Source: Candidatus Latescibacterota bacterium (GTDB taxonomy: Bacteria; Latescibacterota; CBDEFO01). Taken from it: 64,000 nt of DNA. Under the pieces are notes generated by a model that saw only the letters and a program-made list of their open reading frames with translations, did not search any database and had not been told where the DNA came from. The DNA lies in the NCBI GenBank assembly GCA_965237525.1, contig CBDEFO010000006.1, forward strand, positions 413,434-477,433, given 5' to 3'. The translations under genes were made by a program, and so were the position numbers. Of the stretch, positions 40,226-50,475 are shown one piece after another (the first letter of the stretch is position 1; every line of letters begins with the position of its first letter).

Positions 40226-40921
40226 ATGGTAAATCCCAAAGACGTGTTCCTTGCAATTCCGACTACAGGATGGCTGCACCGGGGGACTGTCAGGCATATT
40301 TTGACGCTCCGAAAGGCTTATCCCGATCTATATATAACTTTCAAGGATGGACATCAAGGATCGCACGTGGTAAGAAACGCCATAGTTGCCGATTTCCTTA
40401 AGACAGATAAAGAATGGCTCTTGATGATCGATGATGATGTCGTTCCGACTGCAGATCCTCTCAAATTAGCCACGTCTGGACACGACATCTGCGGCGGGCT
40501 GTGCTTATCAACTTATAAGCCATTAGACGTTCCAGGCCCCTGTATATACTACTACAGCTCCGAAGATGAAGCCTTTACTATCGTCAATCCGGAAGTCTTT
40601 GGCGGGATTTATGAAGTAGATGCCGTCGGAGCAGGATGTATTATGATACACAGAAGGGTCCTGGAGCATGCCGATATGAAGATACCGTTCGACCTGTGGC
40701 TGAACGCAGATGGGACAGTCAAGGTGGGATCAGATCTCTATTTCTGCATAAGGGTGAAGGCTTGTGGGTTTAGTGTAGCCGTAAATCTGGATGTCCCGTG
40801 CGATCATATCTGCCGGGCTTCTCTCTTGCATATCAAGCAGTCGTACGAACAGTCAACTATAAATATACTAAAGGAGCAGAGAGCACTATGGGAACAGGAA
40901 AGGAACGAAAAGATAAGATAG
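40226..40921 (+). CDS. GT-A fold glycosyltransferase
   Basis: RNAIVADFL, WLLMIDDD, VGAGCIMIHRRV, GSDLYFC. Confidence 0.8.
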   Translation: MVNPKDVFLAIPTTGWLHRGTVRHILTLRKAYPDLYITFKDGHQGSHVVRNAIVADFLKTDKEWLLMIDDDVVPTADPLKLATSGHDICGGLCLSTYKPLDVPGPCIYYYSSEDEAFTIVNPEVFGGIYEVDAVGAGCIMIHRRVLEHADMKIPFDLWLNADGTVKVGSDLYFCIRVKACGFSVAVNLDVPCDHICRASLLHIKQSYEQSTINILKEQRALWEQERNEKIR

Positions 40922-41337
40922 AGGTGGTAGCCGAGTGGACAAGGCCTGATCTTCTGGCCCTCGATTCTGATCTTAAGAAGCAGAAGGAAAAGGAGGGCAA
41001 ACGCTTAAGATGGGTCGTAACTGAGAACCTTGAGACTAAAAAGTACGACGGTTGGAATCCCGTCCAGGCAAAGGAGAAGAAACAACACGATCCCCAGAGT
41101 GGATCGCAGTTGACCTCTGGTATTCAACGCAGGGAGATGACCCTCTGTGAGATGCCCGAGGAGTTGGCGGAAAAAAGGAACAGGCACTTCCAGGAGGAAA
41201 GTTCATCTCAAGTCAGGAAGCTTGTGGACGATGTTGACGAGGCTATAGACAGGGCTCAGCACGCTCTGAGACACAGTGGAATGAGTAAAAAGGAAGCCGA
41301 AGAGTTCGTCTTCGGAAGATTAAGTATCCAACGCTGA
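40888..41337 (+). CDS. Conserved podophage head-module protein
   Basis: LRWV...GWNPV...MTLCEMPEELAEKRNRHF pattern of genes preceding capsid genes. Confidence 0.6.
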   Translation: MGTGKERKDKIEVVAEWTRPDLLALDSDLKKQKEKEGKRLRWVVTENLETKKYDGWNPVQAKEKKQHDPQSGSQLTSGIQRREMTLCEMPEELAEKRNRHFQEESSSQVRKLVDDVDEAIDRAQHALRHSGMSKKEAEEFVFGRLSIQR

Positions 41338-41407
41338 ATAAGAATGTAGGGGCGAGATTGCCGCGCCCGTACAAAAACGCTCGTCAGAGCAAGAAGAGGA
41401 GGTAAAG

Positions 41408-41914
41408 ATGGCAAATGTAGATAGTCCGAGAGGGTTAAGTCCGATCCAGACCAAGCAGGGCGGACCGCCGAGGCTCATCAAGTATACAAAGGATAATTCG
41501 GCGTCAGCAATTTACATCGGAGATTCCGTGAAGCTGGAGGCGGACGGCTACGTGGCTGCGGCTGCGGCCGGCAATGCCCTTTTGGGTGTAGCGGGAAACT
41601 TCAGCACTGCTTCTAAGACAGACTCGGTCTGGGTCTATGATGACCCCGACACTGTCTTCTCTGTCCAGGACGACGGAGCAGCTGTTGCATCTGCGCAGAC
41701 TCACGTGGGAAACAACGCAGACGTAGTCGCCGGAACGGGAGATGTGGACAGCAAACTGTCCGGGCACGAACTGGACATATCCGGGGTTACGACTGGCTCT
41801 GCTCAATTGAGGGTTTTAGGTCTCCATAAGGTGGTCGGAAACGCATGGGGATCGTGGGCCAGGATCGCTGTACAGATCAACGAGCATCAGCTCAAGCAGA
41901 CAACTGGAGTGTAA
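41408..41914 (+). CDS. Capsid decoration/cement-like protein
   Basis: MANVDSPRGLSP, IYIGDSVK, VYDDPDTVFSVQ, VQINEH; directly before MCP. Confidence 0.65.
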   Translation: MANVDSPRGLSPIQTKQGGPPRLIKYTKDNSASAIYIGDSVKLEADGYVAAAAAGNALLGVAGNFSTASKTDSVWVYDDPDTVFSVQDDGAAVASAQTHVGNNADVVAGTGDVDSKLSGHELDISGVTTGSAQLRVLGLHKVVGNAWGSWARIAVQINEHQLKQTTGV

Positions 41915-42256
41915 TTTAGTGTCAGACAGATCCCCGAATGAATCTATCGGGGGGAATGTCTGACCCACCAGCAATAGACAGTACACTGTAGAAAGCCAGA
42001 TTGCTTCGGGGTGAACGCCTCGCAATGACAGTTTAGTCCACGCTGGTGTGTAATTACTTCCCAGTGTGTCAGGGCAGACACACGGGTCTGCCCCTACGAA
42101 AAACGCACGTTTAGCCAGATTGCACATGGGTGAACCCCAGATAGAATCATTCGGAGGCAGGCCACCTCGCAATGACAGTTTAGTCAAAGCTGGAGTGTAA
42201 TTTAGTGTCAGACAGGAATGTCTGACCTACCACTACCATATCAAAGGAGGAAATAG

Positions 42257-43159
42257 ATGGCATCAATTTCGCCAAACTTTGAGTTTCTGTTAGCCGCTGG
42301 ATTGAGGAAGGTCATCTTCAATAAGTATAAGTCCTATCCAGAGGAGTACTCTTTCATATTCAACGTCCACTCCTCGGACAGGCAGTACGAGGAGGACGCT
42401 TCGGTCAGCGGATTGGGGCTCTTCTCCACAAAGGACGAAGGTGAGGCGATCAGCTACGATGACCCTGTTCAGGGGTTCAAAAAGCGATACACTCATGTTA
42501 CCTACGGACTAGGCTTCAGGGTCTCTGAGGAGATGAGGGAGGACGACTTCTACAGCCCTATGAGGCGGATGGCAAGGGCATTAGGAAGGTCTGCGGCTCA
42601 GACTGTCGAGATCGTCACCGCCGATGTCTTCAATAACGGCTTCAACACAAGCTACCCCGGCGCTGACGCTAAGCCACTATTTGCGACAGACCACCCGCTT
42701 GTAAAGGCAGGCGGCACCGAGCAGAACAAGCTCTCAACCGACGCCGACCTTTCCGTCACGTCGCTTCGTCAGGCGATAAACGACTTTGAGGACTTCACAG
42801 ATGACGCAGGGCTGAAGATGGCCGTAAAGCCGAGACTTTTAGTCGTGCCTAACGAGTCAGAGTGGGACGCCTTCGAGCTTTTGAAGTCTTCGGGCCGTCC
42901 CGATACGGCAAATAACGCTGAAAACGCCTTTCAGATGTTAAGCTTACGGCCATTTGTGTGGCACTATCTGACCGACCCTGACGCCTGGTTCTTAGTAGGG
43001 GAAAAGGACGATCACGAACTGAATTTCTTCTAGAGGAAGAGGTTTACCGTGACGCCGGGTGAGGACTTCGATACAGGCGATCTGAAGATAAAGGGCACTA
43101 TGCGCTTTGGCGTGGGATGGAGCGACTTCAGGGGCGTCTTCGGATCTCCAGGAGCGTAG
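42257..43159 (+). pseudogene. Major capsid protein (Mu gpT-like family) with in-frame TAG at 43031-43033
   Basis: KDEGEAISYD, YTHVTYGLGF, GADAKPLFATDHP, LTDPDAWFL; through the TAG reads RKRF..EDFDTGDLKIKGTMRFGVGWSDFRGVFGSPGA*. Confidence 0.88.
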
Positions 43160-43291
43160 AACCTGTAGACAGCAAAGAGTAGAGACGTAAGGCAGGGGGC
43201 AGGAAGCACCTCAACCCCTGCCTGTCTACTGCGGGCGAGTGGACCTCGCCCCTACATACTGTCTACTACTTACTTAGAATAAGGAGGAGAA

Positions 43292-44254
43292 TTGATGGGA
43301 TTGACAAATTTCGGTGTATTAAGCGTTGACGCTATCATCGGGGGGAATAGTTGCTATTCCTCTCTTACAGGTAAGACATTCTTTGTAGCGCCTACCACAG
43401 GGCATGTAGCTCATCCGGAGGGCAAGGGTCCTTCTGATAATAACGATGGGGAAAGCCCTTTAACTCCCTTTGCTACCGTCCAAAAGGCTCTCGATTCGTG
43501 CGTATCAGGAAGAGGGGATACAGTTGTGCTTTTGCGGGGGACGCATACACCCGGTGGTGTTCTTACTATTGATAAGGACGATGTCCGGCTTCTGGGCTAT
43601 CCCCCCGCACCCTACGGGTACGGCTGTCCATCGTTGGACGGGCCAAGCGGTACTGTCAATGAACTAGTGGCAGTAGAGGCTGATAATGTAGAAATAGGGT
43701 TCTTCAGGATCGGTGTAAGTGCTCAAGCTCTCCACGGTATCATTGACATCGCAGATACAGCAGCGACCAGCTATACGTATCTTCACGACATGTTCGTTGC
43801 AGGATGGAACGAACAGGCTGGAGGCAACGGAATACGTCTGGGAGACGGTACAAACGACCCCGTCGAGTGTATAATCGAGCGGTGCTTTTTTGCTCCCAGA
43901 TTTGACGGCGCTGACATCGTCTGGGATTCGACAAGGCCGATCATAAAGGACTGTTTCTTTATGATGGACGACGGGGATACTGCGATAACTGTGCCGACCA
44001 AGACAAATGCGACGACCAGATACGGTGCGTTCATAGTAGATAACTTCTTCCTGGGCGCAACTGACGCCGGTGATGAAGTGGGAATCACCTTTGAGGCGGC
44101 AGAGGCAAACTCCCCATTGGGAGTCATAGCCAGAAACTACTTTGCCAACTGCTCGGCGACAGCCGTCACTCAGGACAGACACCCTGAGCGAGTGGTTGAA
44201 AACTACGTCGGAGACACAGCAGGCGGCGCTAAAATCGATCCTACGGCAGTATAG
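43292..44254 (+). CDS. Virion-associated parallel beta-helix (pectin-lyase-like) protein
   Basis: SDNNDGESPLTPFATVQKALD..GRGDTVVL motif followed by beta-helix-like repeats. Confidence 0.65.
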   Translation: MMGLTNFGVLSVDAIIGGNSCYSSLTGKTFFVAPTTGHVAHPEGKGPSDNNDGESPLTPFATVQKALDSCVSGRGDTVVLLRGTHTPGGVLTIDKDDVRLLGYPPAPYGYGCPSLDGPSGTVNELVAVEADNVEIGFFRIGVSAQALHGIIDIADTAATSYTYLHDMFVAGWNEQAGGNGIRLGDGTNDPVECIIERCFFAPRFDGADIVWDSTRPIIKDCFFMMDDGDTAITVPTKTNATTRYGAFIVDNFFLGATDAGDEVGITFEAAEANSPLGVIARNYFANCSATAVTQDRHPERVVENYVGDTAGGAKIDPTAV

Positions 44255-44492
44255 TAGATAGGGGAAACATGTAGACAGTAGAACAGTAGACAGGAGGCCT
44301 ACAGTAGAACAGTAGGTAGGAGGACCCCCTTTTGCGACCCGTTTTGGTTAGGCCCCCTTAGCCGACCCGCTGTGGTCGTGCCATCTGTCTCTATCTACTG
44401 TCTACTCCCGATTGAACCCCCCTGTAGACCCCCTTATTAAGGGGGGAATAATAAGGGGGTCTACATAAACATAAACAAAAAGGTGATAGATT

Positions 44493-44762
44493 ATGGCAGG
44501 ATTTACTAAAGAAAGAACGACCTCAGGGCAGGTTACTACAGGACTTGCCACAGTACAAGGGGCCACGCTGACTGCTGGCGCTGATGCTGCTTCGGCGGCT
44601 CTATATGACAATACAGCAGGCAGCGGTAATCCGATAGTGACGCTTAAGGCATCCGCGAACACTACGGTCAACGCCTCTTTCCCAGAGGGAATCAGAATTG
44701 ACATCGGTGTCTATGCGACTTTGACGGGGACGAGCCCGTCTGTCTTTGTGCATTATGCGTAG
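44493..44762 (+). CDS. Small virion protein
   Basis: LYDNTAGSG..PEGIRIDIGVYATL; RBS AAGGTG. Confidence 0.55.
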   Translation: MAGFTKERTTSGQVTTGLATVQGATLTAGADAASAALYDNTAGSGNPIVTLKASANTTVNASFPEGIRIDIGVYATLTGTSPSVFVHYA

Positions 44763-44910
44763 ATCAAGAATGTAGGGGCGTCCCGGATAGATTCAATCGG
44801 GGATCACTTGCCCCTAAAAGTGTAAGACAGGAACCCCCCTGTATCCCCCCTTGGTAAGGGGGGAATTAAAGGGGGTCTGACCCACTACCAAAAACGAAGG
44901 AAATATAAAT

Positions 44911-45873
44911 ATGCCATCCAGAACTTTGCTATCGCTCGTAAATGAGGTGCTCACAGAGGTCCACGAGCCGACTTTAGGCTCTATTCCAGGGAGTCCGTCG
45001 GGGCTTACCAGGGTCAAAATAGATCAGATCAATCGGGCGCAGGAGGATGTGCTTTCCAGAAGGCGATACCGCTGGCAGCAGAAGACAGGTGTCTTTCAGA
45101 CGAAGGCCGTCTATAGTGCCGGTACTGTGAGCGTGACGAACGGTGATGCGACAGTGACGGGAACAGGGACGGCCTTTTCGGCAAACGTAAACGCAGGCGA
45201 CCGGTTCAGAGTAGATGGCGACGATACGTCCTACGTCGTAAGTTCCATAACGAACGATACATCACTTGAGCTTACCACAAACTATATCGGCACGACTGCA
45301 ACGGGTAAGAGCTATTCCATCTTCCAGAGGGAGTACAGCCTCGCCTCTGATGTGGACGAGATAATGGAGATGGTTCACACGAAGCTACCGGGGGCAAGTC
45401 TCATTCTGGGTGGAGACAGCTTCCCTGCTTTAAAGAAGATGGACATAAGGGACCTGGAGCAGAGCGTCCCCGATCTGGATGCCAATACTTCTGGGATTCC
45501 GAGCATCTACTGTGAAGTGAGAGACTCAAATGGGGCGCTTCAGGCTCTGTTCTATCCGTACCCCAGAGAGGTAATACAGATTTCCTACCGCTACTACAAG
45601 ACCCTTTCGGAGCTTTCTTCGACAAACGATACATCAGGTCTGCACGCTAAGTACCACAGGCTGCTTTATCTTAAAGGGCTGGCAGCGGCCAACAGATGGC
45701 TGGATGACCCTTATGCCGAAGACGCGGAAAGGCTGTACGAAAGCCGATTGAATACCCTCGTCTGGGAGGACGCCAGAGACTACGATGGAGGCATCAGAGT
45801 AAAGCCCGTAGGCCTGAGAAGGAAGGGACGACATCTGAGGGGATTCTCTAACATTCTATTTGACAGGACGTAA
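44911..45873 (+). CDS. Head-tail adaptor-like protein with Ig/FCCH-like insertion
   Basis: LLSLVNEVL..INRAQED; GTVSVTNGDATVTGTGTAF; FYPYP..ISYRYYK. Confidence 0.6.
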   Translation: MPSRTLLSLVNEVLTEVHEPTLGSIPGSPSGLTRVKIDQINRAQEDVLSRRRYRWQQKTGVFQTKAVYSAGTVSVTNGDATVTGTGTAFSANVNAGDRFRVDGDDTSYVVSSITNDTSLELTTNYIGTTATGKSYSIFQREYSLASDVDEIMEMVHTKLPGASLILGGDSFPALKKMDIRDLEQSVPDLDANTSGIPSIYCEVRDSNGALQALFYPYPREVIQISYRYYKTLSELSSTNDTSGLHAKYHRLLYLKGLAAANRWLDDPYAEDAERLYESRLNTLVWEDARDYDGGIRVKPVGLRRKGRHLRGFSNILFDRT

Positions 45874-45988
45874 GACAGTAGACAGTAGACAGGGAAAGGC
45901 AAGGGCAGACACACGGGCCTGCCCTCGAACGATCCCATCGGGGGTCTGCCCCTACAACAGTGGTCTTGCATATAGAGGATGCAGAATA

Positions 45989-47497
45989 ATGACAACGTCT
46001 AAAAGGAAAAAGAGCTACATCGAGGTCCCGTATGTTGACAACACGGGAGGCCTAAACAGCAAGGCATCTGTCGGGTCGTTTCCAGATAAGGACGCTGTCC
46101 AGTTGGACAATATTCATCTGGACACAAACGGCGCATGGGTAAAGAGAAAGGGGCACGAAAGGCGAAACTTGACCTCTATCTCTGCCTCTATAACCGGAAT
46201 CTACGACTACGTTAAGAAAGATGGGACAAGGGCGATTATCGTCACGGCGGGTACGCAGGTCTACAAGTACAACACTTCGACTCTGGAGTTGGATTCTATT
46301 GCTACGGGCTTGACCAACGGCCTGCTGTGGGGCTTTGAGACCTTTACCGATCTATTGATTCTGACCAACGGGACGGATAACGTCAAGAAATACGACGGCA
46401 CCACCTTCGCCGATCTGGGAGGGTCTCCTCCAAAAGGCAAGTTTTTGAAGCTATTCAACAACTATCTCTTCCTGGCGGGGAATTCTACCGATCCATCCAG
46501 GCTCTACTACTCCAACAAGAACAATCCTGAGGTATGGACTTCCGGCGACCACATAGATATAAATCCGGACGATGGAGATCAAATCAGCGGACTTGCTGCC
46601 CTCTTCGATCAGTTGGTCATCTTCAAGCGCAACTCTATATATACGCTGTCGGGCGATTCGCCCTCGATCTTCAAGGTATCCCAGATCACGTCTGACGTGG
46701 GATGCCTCGCGCAAAACTCCATACAGAACATCACGGATGATTCATCTGGCCCTGACAGCCTCTACTTCTACGGCGAAAGGGGAGTCTACGCCTTTCGGGG
46801 AACAGGAGTGGACTACATCTCCGAAAAGATCGAGGACCTCATCTCGTCTGGCCCTGACAGTCCGACCCCGCTTAATCTGACGCGTCTGTCCAGGGCCGCA
46901 TCTTGCCACAACCGAAAGAGAAATCAATACTGGATCGCTCTGACGCCGTCGGGAGGCTCGAATAATACCATCATCTTCGTCTACGACTATCTCAACAATG
47001 CCTGGACGAAGTTCACAGGGATCACGGGGAACGCACTTGCCTACGTTGCAGATCCGCTTCTGTCGGGCATCCCGATAGAGTCACAGATAGTATGGACAGG
47101 AGATGGGACAGGCTTCGTCTCACAGGCCGACACGGGCCTCAACGATCCGCCCTCGGCAGACATAAGCATAACGATTAAGACCAAAGCCTTCGATTTGAAG
47201 CGTCCCCGATTTAATCTTTCTGGGATAGCGACCAAGCTTTTCAGATATGCCTACATCTTCGTGGAGGACGCCCACGCAAGCGGAGTGACGTTGACAGTGG
47301 AGTGGTTCGTAGATTTTGCGGCGACAGCCACAGGCAGCTACTCTCTTACGGGAGTAAACTCCAGAAGCGTCCACAGAGTGCCGCTGGACGGTGCGGCAGG
47401 AAGATACATACAGTTTAAGATCAGCGAGTCCTCACAGCGAGACTTTTCGCTCGGCGGACTGTCCATTGTGGCAAACGAAAGGGGATTCAGAGGATAG
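45989..47497 (+). CDS. Podovirus tail nozzle / DNA stabilization protein (P22 gp10/T7 gp12-like beta-propeller)
   Basis: TGGLNS, KRKGH, RLYYSNKNNPEVW, LVIFKRNSIY, VGC, ISEKI, GRYIQFKI. Confidence 0.7.
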   Translation: MTTSKRKKSYIEVPYVDNTGGLNSKASVGSFPDKDAVQLDNIHLDTNGAWVKRKGHERRNLTSISASITGIYDYVKKDGTRAIIVTAGTQVYKYNTSTLELDSIATGLTNGLLWGFETFTDLLILTNGTDNVKKYDGTTFADLGGSPPKGKFLKLFNNYLFLAGNSTDPSRLYYSNKNNPEVWTSGDHIDINPDDGDQISGLAALFDQLVIFKRNSIYTLSGDSPSIFKVSQITSDVGCLAQNSIQNITDDSSGPDSLYFYGERGVYAFRGTGVDYISEKIEDLISSGPDSPTPLNLTRLSRAASCHNRKRNQYWIALTPSGGSNNTIIFVYDYLNNAWTKFTGITGNALAYVADPLLSGIPIESQIVWTGDGTGFVSQADTGLNDPPSADISITIKTKAFDLKRPRFNLSGIATKLFRYAYIFVEDAHASGVTLTVEWFVDFAATATGSYSLTGVNSRSVHRVPLDGAAGRYIQFKISESSQRDFSLGGLSIVANERGFRG

Positions 47498-47584
47498 CAT
47501 TGAGATGTCAGATAGGAATGTCCCCTATAGAATCAATAGGGGATTCATTTAGGGAACGGGGTCTGACCGCCCGGAGATAAGATA

Positions 47585-48199
47585 ATGGGATTCATTGCCA
47601 AACCTTACCAGATAAGAACATTAGGCGGAAATAGCGCATACGCCATAAACCGCAACTTTGACGTCATCTATACCGAGTTCAACGGGAATATAGACATTGA
47701 TAATCTGAAGGCCGGCAATTTGGTTCGGGCATCGCTCTGGGGAGCAATCAGGCTGGATGGGACGAATCCACCCGCCGAAGCCCTTGCAGGCGATTATCCC
47801 GGGCTGGACTTCTCTGCGACTGCTACAAATACCGTCAGGGCATCGTTTGAAGTCCCGCACGACTGCGACATAACCAAGCCCATAGCGATAGTCCTATCAT
47901 ACGTTATGACCACAGGCCATAGCGGGAATGTGGAACTGTCCTTTTCCCGTACTGTTACGAGCCTGAACTCATCGCTGGAAACGCCGGCATCATCTGCCAA
48001 CACCTTGAATCCTGATGACAGCGGCAATGTGTATGAACAGGACAGCACCTTTAACGTTCCGGCTGCTGCACTCTCAGCAAAGACCGATATTGCAGCCATC
48101 AAGTTGGAGCGTCAGGGGGCAAGTGCGAACGACACTCACACGGGGCTGTTCAGATTATTGGATCTGGAGATAGAGTATACCACGGATGGAACTGTGTAG
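47585..48199 (+). CDS. Putative tail/virion protein
   Basis: INRNFDVIYTEFNGNID N-terminus typical of tail-appendage proteins. Confidence 0.5.
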   Translation: MGFIAKPYQIRTLGGNSAYAINRNFDVIYTEFNGNIDIDNLKAGNLVRASLWGAIRLDGTNPPAEALAGDYPGLDFSATATNTVRASFEVPHDCDITKPIAIVLSYVMTTGHSGNVELSFSRTVTSLNSSLETPASSANTLNPDDSGNVYEQDSTFNVPAAALSAKTDIAAIKLERQGASANDTHTGLFRLLDLEIEYTTDGTV

Positions 48200-48321
48200 G
48201 GACAGACAAAATGTCTGTCCTACCAGCCACATTCTCAACTCACTCTGTGGTGGGTGAGACCCCCCTTTAATTCCCCCCTTATTAAGGGGGGCTATAGAGA
48301 GGTCTGACGTGGAGATACCTA

Positions 48322-48573
48322 ATGTCAAAAATTGAACTCACAGCCGAATGGGACAAGGAGAAACAGGAAGTCATCAGATACCATCCGCCTCGGCGGGTCT
48401 GCTCCTTTTGCTACGAGGGCATGTTATACGATCCCCAAAAGGGCATATGGGAGTGCATACATTGTATATGTAGACAGGGAGTGGAGGAGATGCCCTGTCT
48501 CCCCCGATTGAATCTATCGGGGGCTACTGTCTACAGTCTACTTGGATGTGAAGGGCGGAAGGGATGTACATAG
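48322..48573 (+). CDS. Small Zn-ribbon protein, 3' end invaded by palindrome
   Basis: CSFC...WECIHC. Confidence 0.45.
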   Translation: MSKIELTAEWDKEKQEVIRYHPPRRVCSFCYEGMLYDPQKGIWECIHCICRQGVEEMPCLPRLNLSGATVYSLLGCEGRKGCT

Positions 48574-49049
48574 TCTGGCATGCCAGCGATTCAACGTTCG
48601 GATCGGCGATCACAATAGATGGCTGGCACAGAGAAAGAGGCTGGGCAAGGATCGGATACGGAGCCGTCATCCTGAACGGTTATCTGACCTCACAGGACAG
48701 GAAAGAAAGGCGATACGCAGCGCATCTGGATGGTCTGCTGGAGACGGGCAGGCCGCTGGATCAAGATTCGGAGCTGGAGGCAGATGAGATGCAGGCTCAC
48801 GCCTACGGTCTGAATAGAGAGTCCATATCCATCTGCCTTATCGGAAGTGGCGGAGACTACACACTCAACCAGATCTGCACTGCCCTCCGGCAGACCCAGA
48901 GATGGATGAGACAGTTCGGCGTTCGCCCCCAGAACGTGATAGGGCACTACGAGATCGGAAGGGTCAAGCCGAACTTTGCAACCAGTAAGACGTGCCCCGA
49001 TATAGATATGGATCAGATTCGAGAGATCATCGGGAGGTTCTCAAAGTGA
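48564..49049 (+). CDS. N-acetylmuramoyl-L-alanine amidase (T7 lysozyme-like endolysin)
   Basis: IDGWHRERGWARIGY, AHAYGLNRESISICLIG, VIGHYE, KTCP. Confidence 0.85.
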   Translation: MYIVWHASDSTFGSAITIDGWHRERGWARIGYGAVILNGYLTSQDRKERRYAAHLDGLLETGRPLDQDSELEADEMQAHAYGLNRESISICLIGSGGDYTLNQICTALRQTQRWMRQFGVRPQNVIGHYEIGRVKPNFATSKTCPDIDMDQIREIIGRFSK

Positions 49050-49288
49050 ATGATAACGACAGACAAAGAGGTCGCTTTGAGGGTGAAGTTGTAGCCCGGC
49101 TGGACAATCTGAACGAATACATCGAATCGGTGAGCCGTGATGTGAAGGAGAATAATCGAATGATCATCGGGATCAAAGAGGATCTCGCTCAACTCAAGGT
49201 CAAATCGAGCCTCTGGGGGTCAATAACAGGTGGAGGAGCAGCAGGAGTCATGATGGCGCTAAAATCCATTTTACGAGGTGACAAATAA
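49046..49288 (+). CDS. Coiled-coil + C-terminal TM protein (holin/XhlA-like)
   Basis: Follows the amidase; LKVKSSLWGSITGGGAAGVMMAL. Confidence 0.5.
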   Translation: MNDNDRQRGRFEGEVVARLDNLNEYIESVSRDVKENNRMIIGIKEDLAQLKVKSSLWGSITGGGAAGVMMALKSILRGDK

Positions 49289-49534
49289 TGTTCGACTGGA
49301 TTATGGGAATAGGGCCAGGAAGGCTGGCGCGGCGCAGTCACAGGGATAGGTCTCTTTGCCACCGTGTGGTATAAGCGGGCCAGCAAGGCTGCAAAAGAGT
49401 GGGAGGATGTAGTAAATAGCATAAGAGCCAACAGAAAAGACGGCTGGACTCAGGAAGAAGTGGAGGAAGTCATAGAGGAACTGGCAGAGGCGTTTTCGGC
49501 GACTGTGCCCTTCTTCGGGAGGTTGTTGAGATGA
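49288..49534 (+). pseudogene. Small membrane protein, apparently frameshifted
   Basis: MFDWIMGIG, then the +1 frame reads GAVTGIGLFATVWYKRASKAAKEW..FFGRLLR*. Confidence 0.4.
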
Positions 49535-49956
49535 AAATATCCACGTTTACGGCGTTCTTGATGTTCATTATCGGCTGTGGAGAAGCGCCGTTAGAGTCAA
49601 TAGAAGAAACGCTTGCAGCAGAGGAAGTAGAACACTTTCTGGTCGGCGATCCGTGGGTTGCCACAGGCACAAATAGATACGGCAATTGGACTAACACCAA
49701 GACTTACGAGGATAGCGGCAGGTTCATCCACTTGTTGCGGTATGACGCCCGATCCCCGATTGAATCTATCGGAGATGCGGGGCAGGAGTTTCAAGAGGCG
49801 GGCAATTGGAGGCTGAAAGAGGTCAACAAGGCTATAAAGGTCGTCCACCTGATGGACGATGGTCACGTCTTTTTTCTCACGGTTCTCTATATAGACGATG
49901 ACTACCTGGAACTGGGGAGCCTGCAATACGTGCGAGAGAGCAAGTGGCAAAGGTAG
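49531..49956 (+). CDS. Lipoprotein
   Basis: Lipobox IIGC; in-frame palindrome insert SPIESIGD. Confidence 0.6.
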   Translation: MKISTFTAFLMFIIGCGEAPLESIEETLAAEEVEHFLVGDPWVATGTNRYGNWTNTKTYEDSGRFIHLLRYDARSPIESIGDAGQEFQEAGNWRLKEVNKAIKVVHLMDDGHVFFLTVLYIDDDYLELGSLQYVRESKWQR

Positions 49957-49971
49957 TCAGGTAGTTTGCTT

Positions 49972-50397
49972 CTATTTGGCCAGATTGCTCAATTTCTGCT
50001 CCATCTGATCCAGACGATGTCTGAATTCTGCAATATCCTTGATCTGCTGATCCCTTTCTTCTGAATGCCGGCTCTCCCGGCGCAAGGTTACAAACTGAGG
50101 TATTCCCAGGACGGTCACTACTATGACCAAAACTGCCCCGACCATCCACTGGAGTAGGCCAATTCTTTTGTCCATCTCGTCTATCCTGGTGTTTACATCC
50201 TTGAACTCAGCCTTGAACTCGGTTCTTACAGATTTAAATTCAGCGTTTACTGCAGAGATCCTCAGATCTATATATTCCTTCAGCCTGTTTTCCATCTGCA
50301 GGAGATCCTGTTTGGTTATCTCCTCCGCAGATGGGGATGATGGATGGAACATCCACAGCGCTGTAAAAAGGACAGATATTGTTAAGATCTTACGCAT
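49972..50397 (-). CDS. Secreted coiled-coil protein with TM (DUF1640-like)
   Basis: Signal peptide; EFK repeats; VNTRIDEMDKRIGLLQWMVGAVLV. Confidence 0.6.
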   Translation of the reverse strand: MRKILTISVLFTALWMFHPSSPSAEEITKQDLLQMENRLKEYIDLRISAVNAEFKSVRTEFKAEFKDVNTRIDEMDKRIGLLQWMVGAVLVIVVTVLGIPQFVTLRRESRHSEERDQQIKDIAEFRHRLDQMEQKLSNLAK

Positions 50398-50475
50398 TGT
50401 TCAACCCTTCCTGATGTCAACGTGGTAGTATAATGAATTCGTGGGGGAAAGTCAAGAGAAAATGGGGAATGCAAA

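Noticed and set aside
36936..47497. Element-wide TAG-to-Gln recoding (code 15)
   Set aside because: MCP, beta-helix, 89-aa and nozzle genes end at TAG at natural C-termini, and only two internal TAGs are seen.
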